From positions 1-64,000 of the forward strand of contig CAVUXE010000046.1 of NCBI GenBank assembly GCA_963745235.1: a DNA stretch of 64,000 bases, read 5' to 3'. The notes beneath the pieces were generated by a model, which was not told the origin of the DNA, did no database searches, and saw only the letters and a program-made list of their open reading frames with translations. Source of the DNA: an uncultured Spirochaetota bacterium (GTDB lineage Bacteria; Spirochaetota; Spirochaetia; SZUA-6; Fen-1364). Shown here piece after piece: positions 33,901 through 45,900 of this stretch. A program made the position numbers and the translations under genes. Position 1 is the stretch's first letter. Each line of letters opens with the position of its first letter.

Positions 33901-36900
33901 CAGCTCACCGTGTCCGCCGGGGCCACGGACGTTGTCACTTCTGATACCTCGGCGACGGGCATTGGCCTCGCCTCCGCCGCGGGAGTCACGCTGACGGCAA
34001 AGGACACCAGTGGCGTGGACGCCCACATCGGGCCGTCCTTCGGAACGCTTTCTGTGGGGACCCCGACAAGCGTCACCATCACGGGCGGCGGGGTGAGCCT
34101 CACGGCGGGCATGACCTCGAGCGTTTCCGCCACGGTCACAGCCACCTCGGTGAGCCTCGTTGCAAGCGGCGCCGGCACGGACACCACGGTGACCTCTTCC
34201 CCGACGGTCCGCGCGTATCTCGGAGACAAGGCCCACGTGAAGGCTGACGGTGACGTGCTGGTCAGCGCAACCGCGCAGGCAAGCGGCGTGGCGGCGGGCG
34301 TTGGTTTTGCCGGCGCCGGCGGCATTTCCGCGGCTGCGGAGACGGTGGACTCCACGGTGGACCCGACAGTTTCGGCATTCGCTTCCGGGAACGGCTCGGT
34401 CAGCGGAAGCAATGTCACATTCAAGAGCGTTCTCAACGTGGATACAACGGGAGCGCCCATCCTGCCGCTGGTCAACGGCAACGCGGTCGGTCCGGCGTAC
34501 GCCACGGTGACCCTGGGCAGCCTCGGCCTCGTTGCCGGGGCTGCGGGCGCGAATGTCTCCGTTGACAACTCGCCCACGGTGTCGACCTACGTCGGAAGCG
34601 GCGCCACGGTGAACGCGGTTGGCGCGCTCACCGTTGAGTCCGAGTCCTTCCAGCTTGCGCAGATCGACGCGCAGTCGCTGAGCGGCGGAATCGGGGTCGG
34701 CATCGGGATCATTCTTCCGACCGCGAGCGCAAACGGAAGCATTTCGGCGTATTTCGACGGCAACCTGCAGTCCGCCGGCAGCGCTTCGGTCCTGACCACG
34801 GTAACGGCGGGCACTCTTGCGGTGGGTCGGGCAGGCGGCGCCGCAGCCGGCGCGAGTGTCACCGACACGAGCATTTCCGCGACCACCTCGCCGAGCGTCA
34901 GCGCGGCAGTCGGAGCCAATGCCGCCATGACGGCGACCAACGACATCGATGTCAGCTCGCTGGCCGTCACGAGCGCCTCTGCCACGGCAGACTCCATGGA
35001 CTTCTCCTTTGGCGCTTCCGTCGGGGCGCTCAACGTGAACGCCACCGCGGATCCGCGCGTCACCGCGACAATCGGCGCCGGTGCGGTGGTCACGAGCACG
35101 GGGGGGAACGTGGCGCTCCTCGCGGGCAACAACTATGACTCCACAAGCAGAGCCTTCATCGGCGGGGAAGGGGCAAGCGCATCCAGTGATTCCCTGGCGG
35201 CTTCCGCCGGCGTGAGCGTCGGTGACACGACCGTGGACGCCAGCGCCGGCGCAACGGTCAACGCCACTGTCCAGTCAGGGGCGACAATTCGGGCAGCGGC
35301 AGGCCAGGTGTCGACGCTTGCCGAGTCCAGCAATCTCGCCCAGGCTGTCAGCGCTGACTCCGGCGGGGCGGCGCTCAGCGTCAGCCTGACGGACGTGACC
35401 GCACAGGCCCACGGCGCCACCACCGCTGCTCTGCTGGGGAACGTCACCAACGCTGACGGGTCCGCCGGTGCCACCACTGTGCTCGTGACGGCGAACGCAG
35501 CCGACGACGCGAGCGCTGGCGCGGACTCCAGCAACGGCGGAGCCATTTCCGTGGGAAGCTCCAGCCTCAACGCCACCACGGATCCAACGGTCCTTGCCGA
35601 GGCGGGCGGAACCATCCAGGCCAACGGGAACGTGACCATCCAGTCGTTCTCCGCAACGGATGCGCATGCAACCTCGCAGAGCTCATCCGGCGGAGCGGTC
35701 GACGTCACGACCTTGAAGGCAAGCTCCACGGTGAATCCAACGGTGAGCACAACGGTGGACCCGTCCGCCGTTATTGACGCGGGCGGAACGCTGACCATTT
35801 CCTCCACGCAGGGAGGGCTGCCGCCCGTCTACTCGGACGGCACGTTCAACGCGGGCACTGCCGTCAATACCCAGACAGACACGATCAACCTGGGCGCTCC
35901 CACCGGCCTTCAGACGGGGGACACCGTGATCTACAGCGCCGGGACCGGCAATGTGGCAATCACCGGGCTGGTCAACGGCCGCACCTACGGAGTCATCGTT
36001 CCCATGGACTCCCTGGGCGCGCCTCAGCCAAACGCGCTGCAACTGGGGGTATCCTTCAATTCCTCACAGGCCGCGGCGCAAGTGAACCTGGTGAACGACA
36101 CCATCACCTTCCCGGTGGCCCACAACCTCCAGACGGGAGACCTGGTGGTCTACCGCGCCGGCAGCGGCAACGCGGAGGTCGGCGGCCTGAGTGACGGAAC
36201 CACATATGTTGTGCAGGTGATCGACAGCAAGACCATCAAGCTCCTCCCCCAAAGCCAGCCTTTTGCTCCGTTGAGCTTTACCGGGGCGGATTTGGCGAAC
36301 AACACGATCACGATCACCGGGAACGGGTTCGCGGACGGCCAGGCAGTGACATACAGTGCGCCGCAGGCCACGACGTTCAACGCCTCCGTGGTGAACGTGG
36401 TGCTCACCAGCGGGGTGCTCACATCGTCCCCCGCGGCATACGACATTTTCATCGGGACGAGCAATCCTTTCCGCGCGGGAGACGAGGTCATCTATACCGC
36501 CAGCGGCACCCCGATAAACGGGCTCGTGAGCGGCAACCGCTACTGGGTCATCTACGATCCGACCAACCCGGACTTCATCCAGCTTGCGGCAAGCTACGCG
36601 CAGGCCGTGGGGAGCCCAGGAGATCCCAGCGCCAACCCGCCTGTGGCCGCCACGGCCCCGACGCCCATCCAGATTTCCGCGTCCACCGCGTCCGGCGCAA
36701 GCTCGGTCATTCATTCACTCCTGAAGGTGACCGACCAGCCCATCGGAGGGCTGGTGGACGGGGTGACCTACTACGTGGCCAATGCGACCGCCAACACGTT
36801 CCAGCTCGCCCCGACTCAAAAGGACGCGCTGGCGGGGACGAACATCATCACGCTCGCACCGACGGATGCCGTGAGCGGGGTCGTCCTGAGCGGAACGAGC

Positions 36901-39900
36901 AAGATCGGGACGGACGGGGTGGACTTCACGGCCTACGGGACGGGAGCCCAGGACCTGGTGATCAAGCTTACCTCCGTCGGGACGGGAACCCAGCAGCTCA
37001 AGGGAGTGGGGGGCGCCGCGGCGCTGGCCTCCGCTCCCACCGGTGACGGCGTGGCCACCGCCTCGGAGAGCAGCTCCGGCGGAGGGGCCATCCAGGTGGG
37101 CATGGCAACAGCCAGCGTGAGCTCGACGCCCACGGACGCGGTGACAGTGGGTGCCGGCGCCAGCCTCTCCGCCACGGACCTGAACGTCCTTGGAACCTCC
37201 TATGCGAACGTCTCCGCCTCTTCCGCCAACGGCGGCGGCGGCGGGGTGGCCATCGGGGTTGCAACCGCCTCCGCCTCGGCGAGCAATGACGCAACGGTGT
37301 CGATCGATGACGGCGCCTCGCTCGCTGCGTCGCACGACATCACCGTCTCCTCCGACGCAATCGAGAATGCAAACGTCCTTGCCGGCACGAGCGGCGGCGG
37401 CGGAGTGGACTACGCAACGGCACGTGCCCTCGGGTCCGTCACCTACAGCTCGCAGGTCCAGATCGGCACCGGGGTGACCATGAAGGCAGGCAACCAGATC
37501 TCGGTCAGCTCCCTCAGCGACGTGAACGGGACCGTCGTTGCCTCCGCGGACGCCTCCGGTCTCGGGGCCAACGCCGATGCGAATGACACTTCCGGCCAGG
37601 GGCTTCTCATCGGGGCAAGCGGCTCGCCGGCGCTGACGGAGACAACCATCGCTTCCGGGGCTTTCCTGACTGCTCCGACAGTGGACCTGAACGCCACCGT
37701 CACGGGGATGAACGCCTATGAGCAGTCGAGTGCAAGCTCTTCCGCGCTCGGGGCCAGCACCACCGCGCAGGCCAACCTCGTAATCTACGACACCGCTGAG
37801 GTCGTGTTCGGGAGTGACGCCTCCGTCCTTGGCTCCGTCGTATCGCTGCAGGCGCAGCATGAGAACATCAACGCGGTGGCGGAAGCGGATGCCAGCAGCT
37901 CCGGCCTCGGGGCGGACACCACGGCGAACGCGAATACCGATTACGAGAGCCTTTCCCAGGTCCAGACGCAGGCCGGGTCCAGCCTTGCCGGTGGAAACGT
38001 GACAGTGAACGCCGCGCAGGGGATATCGAGCTACGCGAGGGTCACCGACCAGAGCCCTGCAACTTTCGACTCCGGCGGCACGAACCAGACCGGCAACTTC
38101 AACGCCCAGCGGAACGTGACCCTGGACGGCAATATCTCGCTCCTTGCAAGCCCTGACCCTGTTCTCCTCATCGACGGGAACGGCAAGATCGTGCAGGCAG
38201 TCGATATCACAGTCAACGGCGGACTGGGGCAAGGGGCCACGGTGAGCGGGCCGACCATCTCGGTTGATCCAATCACCGGGGCAGGCTCAACCTCTGGGAC
38301 CGCCCTGGTGGAAACGAACACTCTCGGTTCCCTTGATGGGATCACGCCGCCGGCGGGCACGGTGACAGGCTCAGGTGGGATCGTAAACGTCCGGGACACA
38401 TACAACTCGATCACCATCACGAACCTTTCCAGCATGCCGCTCGTCCTCAACGGCATCAGCGTGGTGACGAAGCCCCAGGGGGCGGGCATCACGATCGCCA
38501 GCCAGGATTCTTCAGGGCTTACCTTCGCGATTGCCCACGATATCGGTCCGACGGCCATCAGCATCCAGAACAAGGGGACCTCCGATCTCACGATAGGGGG
38601 GTTGATCGACAACCCCATCGGAACCACCGCCATCAGCAGCCTTGGGTCGATCCTGAACGGGACGGGAGGGGTCATCCTGACCGACAATCTCCAGATGAAC
38701 GCGGCGAGCGACATCGGGTCGTCGGCCAGCCGCCTTGAAGTCCAGCTCGTGCTGAGCGCCGGCGCGCCGACGGGGCTTTCGGCAACCGCGGGCGGCAGCA
38801 TCTTCCTCGACCTCACGGGACGGGTGCGCGGGACGGGGGTGACCCAGACGACGTTCGCCCTGGGAACAATCTCCGCCGGAGGCGACGTGGATCTCCTCAT
38901 CCAGCCCAGCGTGAAGGACGGCGGTCCCACGGGGAACGGCAACGGCGGCCTGGTGGTCACCGTGAACAACGGAACCACGATCACCAGCGTGGCGTACTAC
39001 GCGTTCTACCAGCCTGACCCGAATCCTCTCGTGACGGCCCCCCTTGATCCCCGTCTCTTCGCGGACACGAGCAACCCCGTGCAGGTAGCAAGCCTGTACA
39101 CGTTCGTGTCATTGACGGCCGGGGGAAACATCAGGGTGAATGCCGCGGGCTCGGCGCCCGCTGACACCATGGTCAGCCTCAGCGGCGGCACGGACCTCCT
39201 GGGCACGGGGTCCATCACGGTGCTGACCAATGGGAACATCAGCCTCACCGAGACAAGTGGAGACCTGCGAATCAACTCGATCGAGTCCACCGCGGCGGAC
39301 GTTGCCCTCAGCGTCATCGGCAGCGGCGGGTCGATCTATGACGTCGCCGCTTCTGACGGAGCCACCCCCTGGGTCATCGGCAACAACATCACGCTGGCAT
39401 CCGCGGACGGCGCAATCGGGAGCCTCACGAACAGGCTGGAGATCGACTCCGCGTACTCTGCCGCCGGGAACCTGACCGCCAGCGCAAAGGATGGAATCTT
39501 CATCACGGAGACCTCGGGGGACCTGAACATAGCCACGGTGGGGTCATTGGACGGCAACGTGATGTTGGACGTTCTCAGCGGCTCGCTTCTTGACGGCGTC
39601 GGGGGCGCGGTTGCGAACATCCAGGGCGCCAGCCTGGACCTGAGGGCTTCCGGCGGCATCGGGACTGCCGGAGACCCGGTGCGGATTGACGGCGGGGGAA
39701 GCAATGAGCTTGCCCAACCCGATCCGGCGGTCTCCATCCTGCCCGCAATCCCCGGGCCGGGCAACCTCTACGCCAGCGCAAGCAGCGGCGTGTACCTCAC
39801 CGAGGTGAGCGGCGGGGCCAGCGTCCTGTCGGTGACCACCACGTCGGGTGACATCTCGCTGACGGTTCTCGACACGGTCACTCCGGGAGAAAATCTCGAT

Positions 39901-42900
39901 CTCCTGGCAAGCGGAACCACGCTTGACGGAACCGCGGTGCCCGCTGGATCGATCAGCGCGCCGGGGGCCGTGACCCTGAACGTGGGTGACAACATCACCA
40001 TCCCCGCCGGGTCCGCCGTGACCAGCCAGGCGTCCGTGACACTGAGCGGGGATGACTTCCCGACGAACCCTGATCCGAACGTCGGATCGATAATCACGAT
40101 TGCCGGCTCTGTGAGCGCCCCCACCGTGACGATCAACGGCGGCCCGGACCTGGACTTCATCCAACTTCTGAACCCCGCGGGAATCAACACGGTCGGGACC
40201 ACGACCATCAACGGCAACGGCGCGGATGACCGCGTGTTCATCGACGCAATCGCCGGACCGACCACCGTGGATCTGGCCTCGGGGGCGGGCAGGGTGTACG
40301 TGGCCGGCAACGCCTCCATGGACCTTTTCACGGTCAATGGCATCTACGCCGACGGCACCACGGACAACCCGCTGGATATCGTTCCCATGACGCTCCTGTC
40401 CGGCACTCTTGCCAACATCGCCTCCACCCTCACCATAGACCTGGGGACCGGGGGCAACCAGGGAAGCCTCCCCTCGATCTATGTGAGCGCCGCCGGGGAG
40501 AGCTCCTCGGTGACCGGCACGCTGGATGCAGGCACCATCACCGGCCTGGGGATGCCGGCAGGCGGCAGCATTGCGTACAGCGTGCAGGCAGGGGCGTACA
40601 TCTATGTCGGCTTGAGCGCATTCGATGACACATTCTCCGTCACGGGGATCAACTCGAACGTTGCCGCTTTCATCTACGGTGGCGCTGGAAACGACACGCT
40701 GAACGTCGGAACCGCCGGTGGTCAGCTCACCGGTCTCGCCGGGATCGTGGCTTTCTTTGGAAACGCGGGAACCAACACGCTGAACGTGTACGGGGACGCC
40801 TCCACTGACCCCGGTCAGCTCTCCGCGCTGTCCCTGACGGGGATGGGCATGGGAACGAACCAGCTCATCACCGTAGACAACGGCATGTTCGGCGCCGGCT
40901 ACTCGCTCAACCAGGCTTCCTACCCCGGGGCCATATACTTCGCGGTGCGCACCCTTGTCCAGGGCAGCCAGGTCTATACATCCACCGTCCAGTCCATCAA
41001 CATCTCCCTGGACAACGGCGCCAACTCCTTTGCAATCGACAGCACGCTCGCCGGGGCCACCTCCACGATCTACGGCGGAACGGGCTCAGACGTGTTCACC
41101 GTGGGGACCACGGAGACCGGGCTCCAGCCCAACTCTCTGCACAGCACGGACTTCATTGCCCGGAGCGCTCATCATTACGGGCACGGGAGGAAGCGATTCC
41201 CTGGTGGTGGACGACTCTGGTGAGAGCGTCCCCGCGGTAGGCACGCTGGAGGCAGGCAGCGTCACCGGACTCGGGATGAGCGGGTCCCTGACTTTCAGCG
41301 GGATCAGCTCAGTTGAAGTGGACCTCGGGGCCGGAGGCAACACATTCTACATCGCTGCGGTGCCAGCCGGAATCACGGCAACGGTCAATTCCGGAAGCGG
41401 ATTCGACACCGTCTCTGTCGGGACCACCCCGGGAAACGAGAGTGCAGGCTCGCTGGACTCCATCCAGGGGACGCTGCTCCTGAGCGGGCAGGACCCGCAG
41501 ACGGGCAACACCCTCTTCCTGAACGACCAGGGCAGCACAGCGGCGCAGACCTACACGATCAGCAATTCCCTCGGAACCCCGGTGACTCTTACGGGCGGCG
41601 AGTCCTGGTACTTCGACACCACCACGGTGGCCCGGACCGGAATGGGCACTCTCATGTACCAGCGCTTCGAGACGGTGGTGCTGAACGCTTCCCAGGGAGA
41701 CAATACGATCAATCTCCAGGGGACGCAGCGCGAGCAGGACCCCAGCGGCGGCCACAGCTCGGTGTTCGTCATCAACACGGGAAGCGGCAACAGCACGATC
41801 TACGTGGGCACGCCCGTCTCCGGCGGGTATTCCCTGGACGGCTTCGCCATCGAAAGCGGGACCAATCCTCCCGCGGCCTCTGATCCGCGTGGCGTCCCGG
41901 TCATCATCAACGGCCAGGGCGGGTACGACGTTGTCCAATACCTGGATACCGCGGAGACGACCGCCGAGAACCTGGCGTTCGTCACGAAGAGCTTCGCGGA
42001 CCTCTTCCCGGGAAGCGGGCCGGGCGGAGCCTCGCCGACATGGCTTGCGCTCTTCACCCAGATTTTCGGCGGGGACCCGACCTCCGCTCCGTATGACACC
42101 ATCGCTCTCTCCCTCGCCGGCCAGACCTCGGCGGTGAACATCTCCGCGCGGGGCATCGGAAGCATCAGCTTCTCCCTTGGCAACGGGAACAATATCGTAC
42201 AGCTCACCTCGGGCGTATACGCCTACGACATCACCGTCTACGGCGGCGCGGGAAACGACACTTTCAACGTCGAAAACGGCGTCAACGACGCGGGCCACAT
42301 GATCACGCTGAACGCCGGCGGAGGCAACGACCTGCTCTTCGCCGACTTCACGGACGGTGTCCCGGCAGGAACGGTCTTCGTCACGTTCAACGGCGGGACC
42401 GCGGCGGCCGCAACCCTTCGCATCGAAGGAGACGGGGTAACCTCGGGCGGGCAGTTCACTCCGTCCGCCACCGTGGCGAATGCCGGGGTGATCACCGTGG
42501 CCGGCAACACGTTTTCGTTCACGGGGGTCGGGCCGATGATCGTCGACGGCCTGCCGGACTTCCAGGTCATCACCCCGAACAACCCCGCCGACGTCACGGT
42601 TGGCACCATTGCCGTCGCGGACCTGAACCTGAGCGACATTACGCTCCACGTCCTCACGGTGAACGGCGTGGTCTCCTGGACGCAGGAGTCCAAGCTGGTC
42701 GTTCCGGATGCGCTGGATACGGTGAACTACGGCGAGTCGGTTGCCATGAGCGGGAACACGCTCGTGGTGGGGGCAAAGCTCACGGATCAATCCCTTGGCA
42801 CCGTGTTCGTCTACACCTGGAACGGCTCCGCGTGGGTGGAGCAGGCAAAGCTCTACCCGGAGGACAGGTTCCAGGGGGGCGGATTCGGTTTCGGTGCCTC

Positions 42901-45900
42901 AGTGGCGATCGCGGGGAACCTGCTCGTGGTTGGCGCTCCCCAGGACAACTCAGCGGGCACGGACTCCGGCGCCGTCTACGTGTTCACCCTGTCGCCGGAC
43001 GGCGCCTGGCAGCAGACCGCCAAGATCACGGCCCTGAACGCCTCCGCGGAGAGCGATTTCGGAGAATCGGTAGCGGTGTCGGGATCTGAGATCGATTGTG
43101 GGAGCCCCCGCTGTGAACGGCGGCAGGGGCGCGGCCTACTTCTTCGTGAATCAGGCGGGAACGTGGTTCCAGCAGCAGGAAATCGCGGGAACGGGCGCAT
43201 TCGGAACTTCGGTGGGGATCAACGGCGCAACCGCGGTGGTGGGAGCTCCTGGCGCCGGCGGCATCGGGGAGGCGATCGTCTATAGCTTCCGAAGCTCACT
43301 GTGGAATCCAAGCCAGACCCTGACTCCTTCCGACCCGCAAGCGGGGGAGGGGTTCGGATCTGCCGTGGCCATGGACTCAACGGATATCGTGGTTGGTTCG
43401 CCATTCTGGACAAACGATCCCGCGAGCCCCTCCAGCGCCACGGAAGGCGGCCGGGCATTCATCTTCGAGCTTTCCAGCGGAACATGGATCCGGATGGCGC
43501 GGCTCACGGCCCAGGACGGTCTGCCTGCAAGTGAAGCCCCTCTTGCCGGTGCCAAGGGAGAGCAGTTCGGAGCCGCGCTTTCCGTGAGCGGAAACTGGGT
43601 GGTCGTGGGCGCGCCGCAGTACCAGGGAACTTCTACGGGGCAGGGCGAGGCCTATGTCTTCTACCGTTACACCGATCCCACCACCACCCTCGGCCCCACC
43701 TGGGTGCGCTCCACCGGCGGAACAGGAACGGGCAGCATAGGCGAAAACCTGCCTGCCGGGGGGGACAACTTCGGCGCGGCCGTGGCTGTCAGCGGAGATC
43801 TCCTGGTTGCCGGGATTCCCGGCGTCACCCAGACGGGTCGTCTGAACGTCGGGGCCATCCTGACGTTCCAGACCAACGGCATAGTGCCGTCAGCCGCTCA
43901 GGCGAACCTCGAGGCAGAGATCATCAACCCGGCGGGCGCCGGAGGCAGCCTGGTCACATTCTATGACCCGACGCTTCGCATGCTCTTCGTGGGAAATCCG
44001 ACGGCTGGAACAGTCCAGGTCTATGTGAATGAAGACCTGTATTGGAGGCCCACCGCGCAGGGGAGCCTGGGCGGTCCTTCGAGCTTTGGAACTTCAATTG
44101 ATGAGCAGGGCGGGCACCTCGCCGTTGGCGCTCCGGGCGTAGATACGGTGTACCTCTACGCCCAGTCCGGCGAAAGCTGGTACCCGTACCAGACCTACAA
44201 GGGCCAGAGCGGATCCCAGTTCGGTGCCTCCGTGGCAATCAGCGGCTACAAGCTGGTGATCGGCGCCCCGAACGCTGCCGTGCAGTATTCGTCCGTAGGC
44301 CAGGCCAGCTCGGGCTACTCGATATCGTTGGGGAACTCCGGGGCTGCGTTTGTCTGGGACATCAGGAACGGACCGAGCTCCAATCCCACCCTCCTCATGC
44401 CCTACGACTCGCTCCTGCCGTACAACACCACGGCCTACGACCCCTACTACGTGGCACCCATTAGCGGCTTCGGTCCCGGGGAGGTCGCCTTCCGGATCTA
44501 CGACGGCAGCACATGGTGGACGGTGGGCAACGGTCCCGGCACCTACAACCTCCTGAGCTACACCTCCTCCCAGGGCGGACTTGGCTTCAACACGGTTGCG
44601 GTCCTGCTCTGGCCGAGGACCTCCGTGACGGTCATCTCTCTCGGCGGGTCCCTCAGCATCTCGAACTACAGCTATTACGGCACGTACGAGGTGGATTTCT
44701 CCGGCAGCAACTCCTGGATCCGCAACGCGGCTGTGGCGTTCGTCTCCAGCGCTCTCGGCCCGATCTCCACGACACCCATCGACTTCAACGTATTCTCCGG
44801 TCTTGCGGGCACGCAGTGGGGATCCAGTGTCGCGATCGTGGGCAACACAGTCGTGGTTGGGGCCCCCGGAGTCGGGACCCTGCGCATTGAGTTCGAACCC
44901 GACGACGGCGGCCTTATTCTCGGCAACCCCCTGGTCGGCAGGCTCGCCGTGTACAACCTGGCATCGTCGCCTGACTATCACTGGTCCGCGTCGGCCGGCG
45001 GCTTCGGATCGAGCTATCCTTACATCCCCGCCTTCACGAGCGACTTCCCCGGAAGCGGCGCGCAGCTGGCCTTCATGGATGCCAGCCACTTCTTCGCCTC
45101 CACGACGACTGGTCTCGTCATTCCCTACGTCCTGGCGAACGGTTCCTGGTCTGAACAGACCGCGTTGAGCCTCTCGGGAGTCGGGAGGAATGACACCCTG
45201 ACAGCGAGCGGCGGCGTGGTCCTGGCGGGCTCACCGGGGAATGACTCGGGAGCCGGTGATGCAGAGACTTCGTCCGGCCTGACCCTGCTTCCCTACACGT
45301 TGAGCGGGAACAGCATGGTCGTCGTGACGAGCCAGGCCGGCTTCGGGTACGGTCCCGTGATAGCGAGCTCGGGCGACTACCTCGTTGGTGATGCTTCTGG
45401 AGTCCTCTACAACTTCCGCCAGCAGGGCCCGGGCTGGATGCCGTTGGGGACACTGGTGCCCAATCCTCCGCCGACAGCAAAAGTCGGCTCGAGCGTGGCA
45501 ATAGACGGCATGCTGACCGTGATCGGAGCGCCGCAGTACGACAACCGCGGAGCCGCTTTTGTGTTCACGATTGGCAATGGCTCGACTCCCGGAACCTACA
45601 CGTGGACCTACGATGCCCTGCTCCAGTCGGATGACGCTCGGGAGGGAGACTCGTTTGGAGCATCCGTCGGAATCAGCGGCACCACCGTCATCGCCGGAGC
45701 CCCGGGCAGATCAGGCGGAGCGGGCGCGGTCTACATGTTCCAGGAGATCGGCGGCCACTGGGTCCAGGTCGGGGGAGCAATCGTTCCCTCTGACGCCGGC
45801 GCCGGGTCCCGCTTCGGATCTTCGGTGGCCATAGACGGCTCGCTCGCCCTCGCCGGCGCCCCGGGGCGGAATGCGGTCTACCTCATCGAGGGGAACGGAC

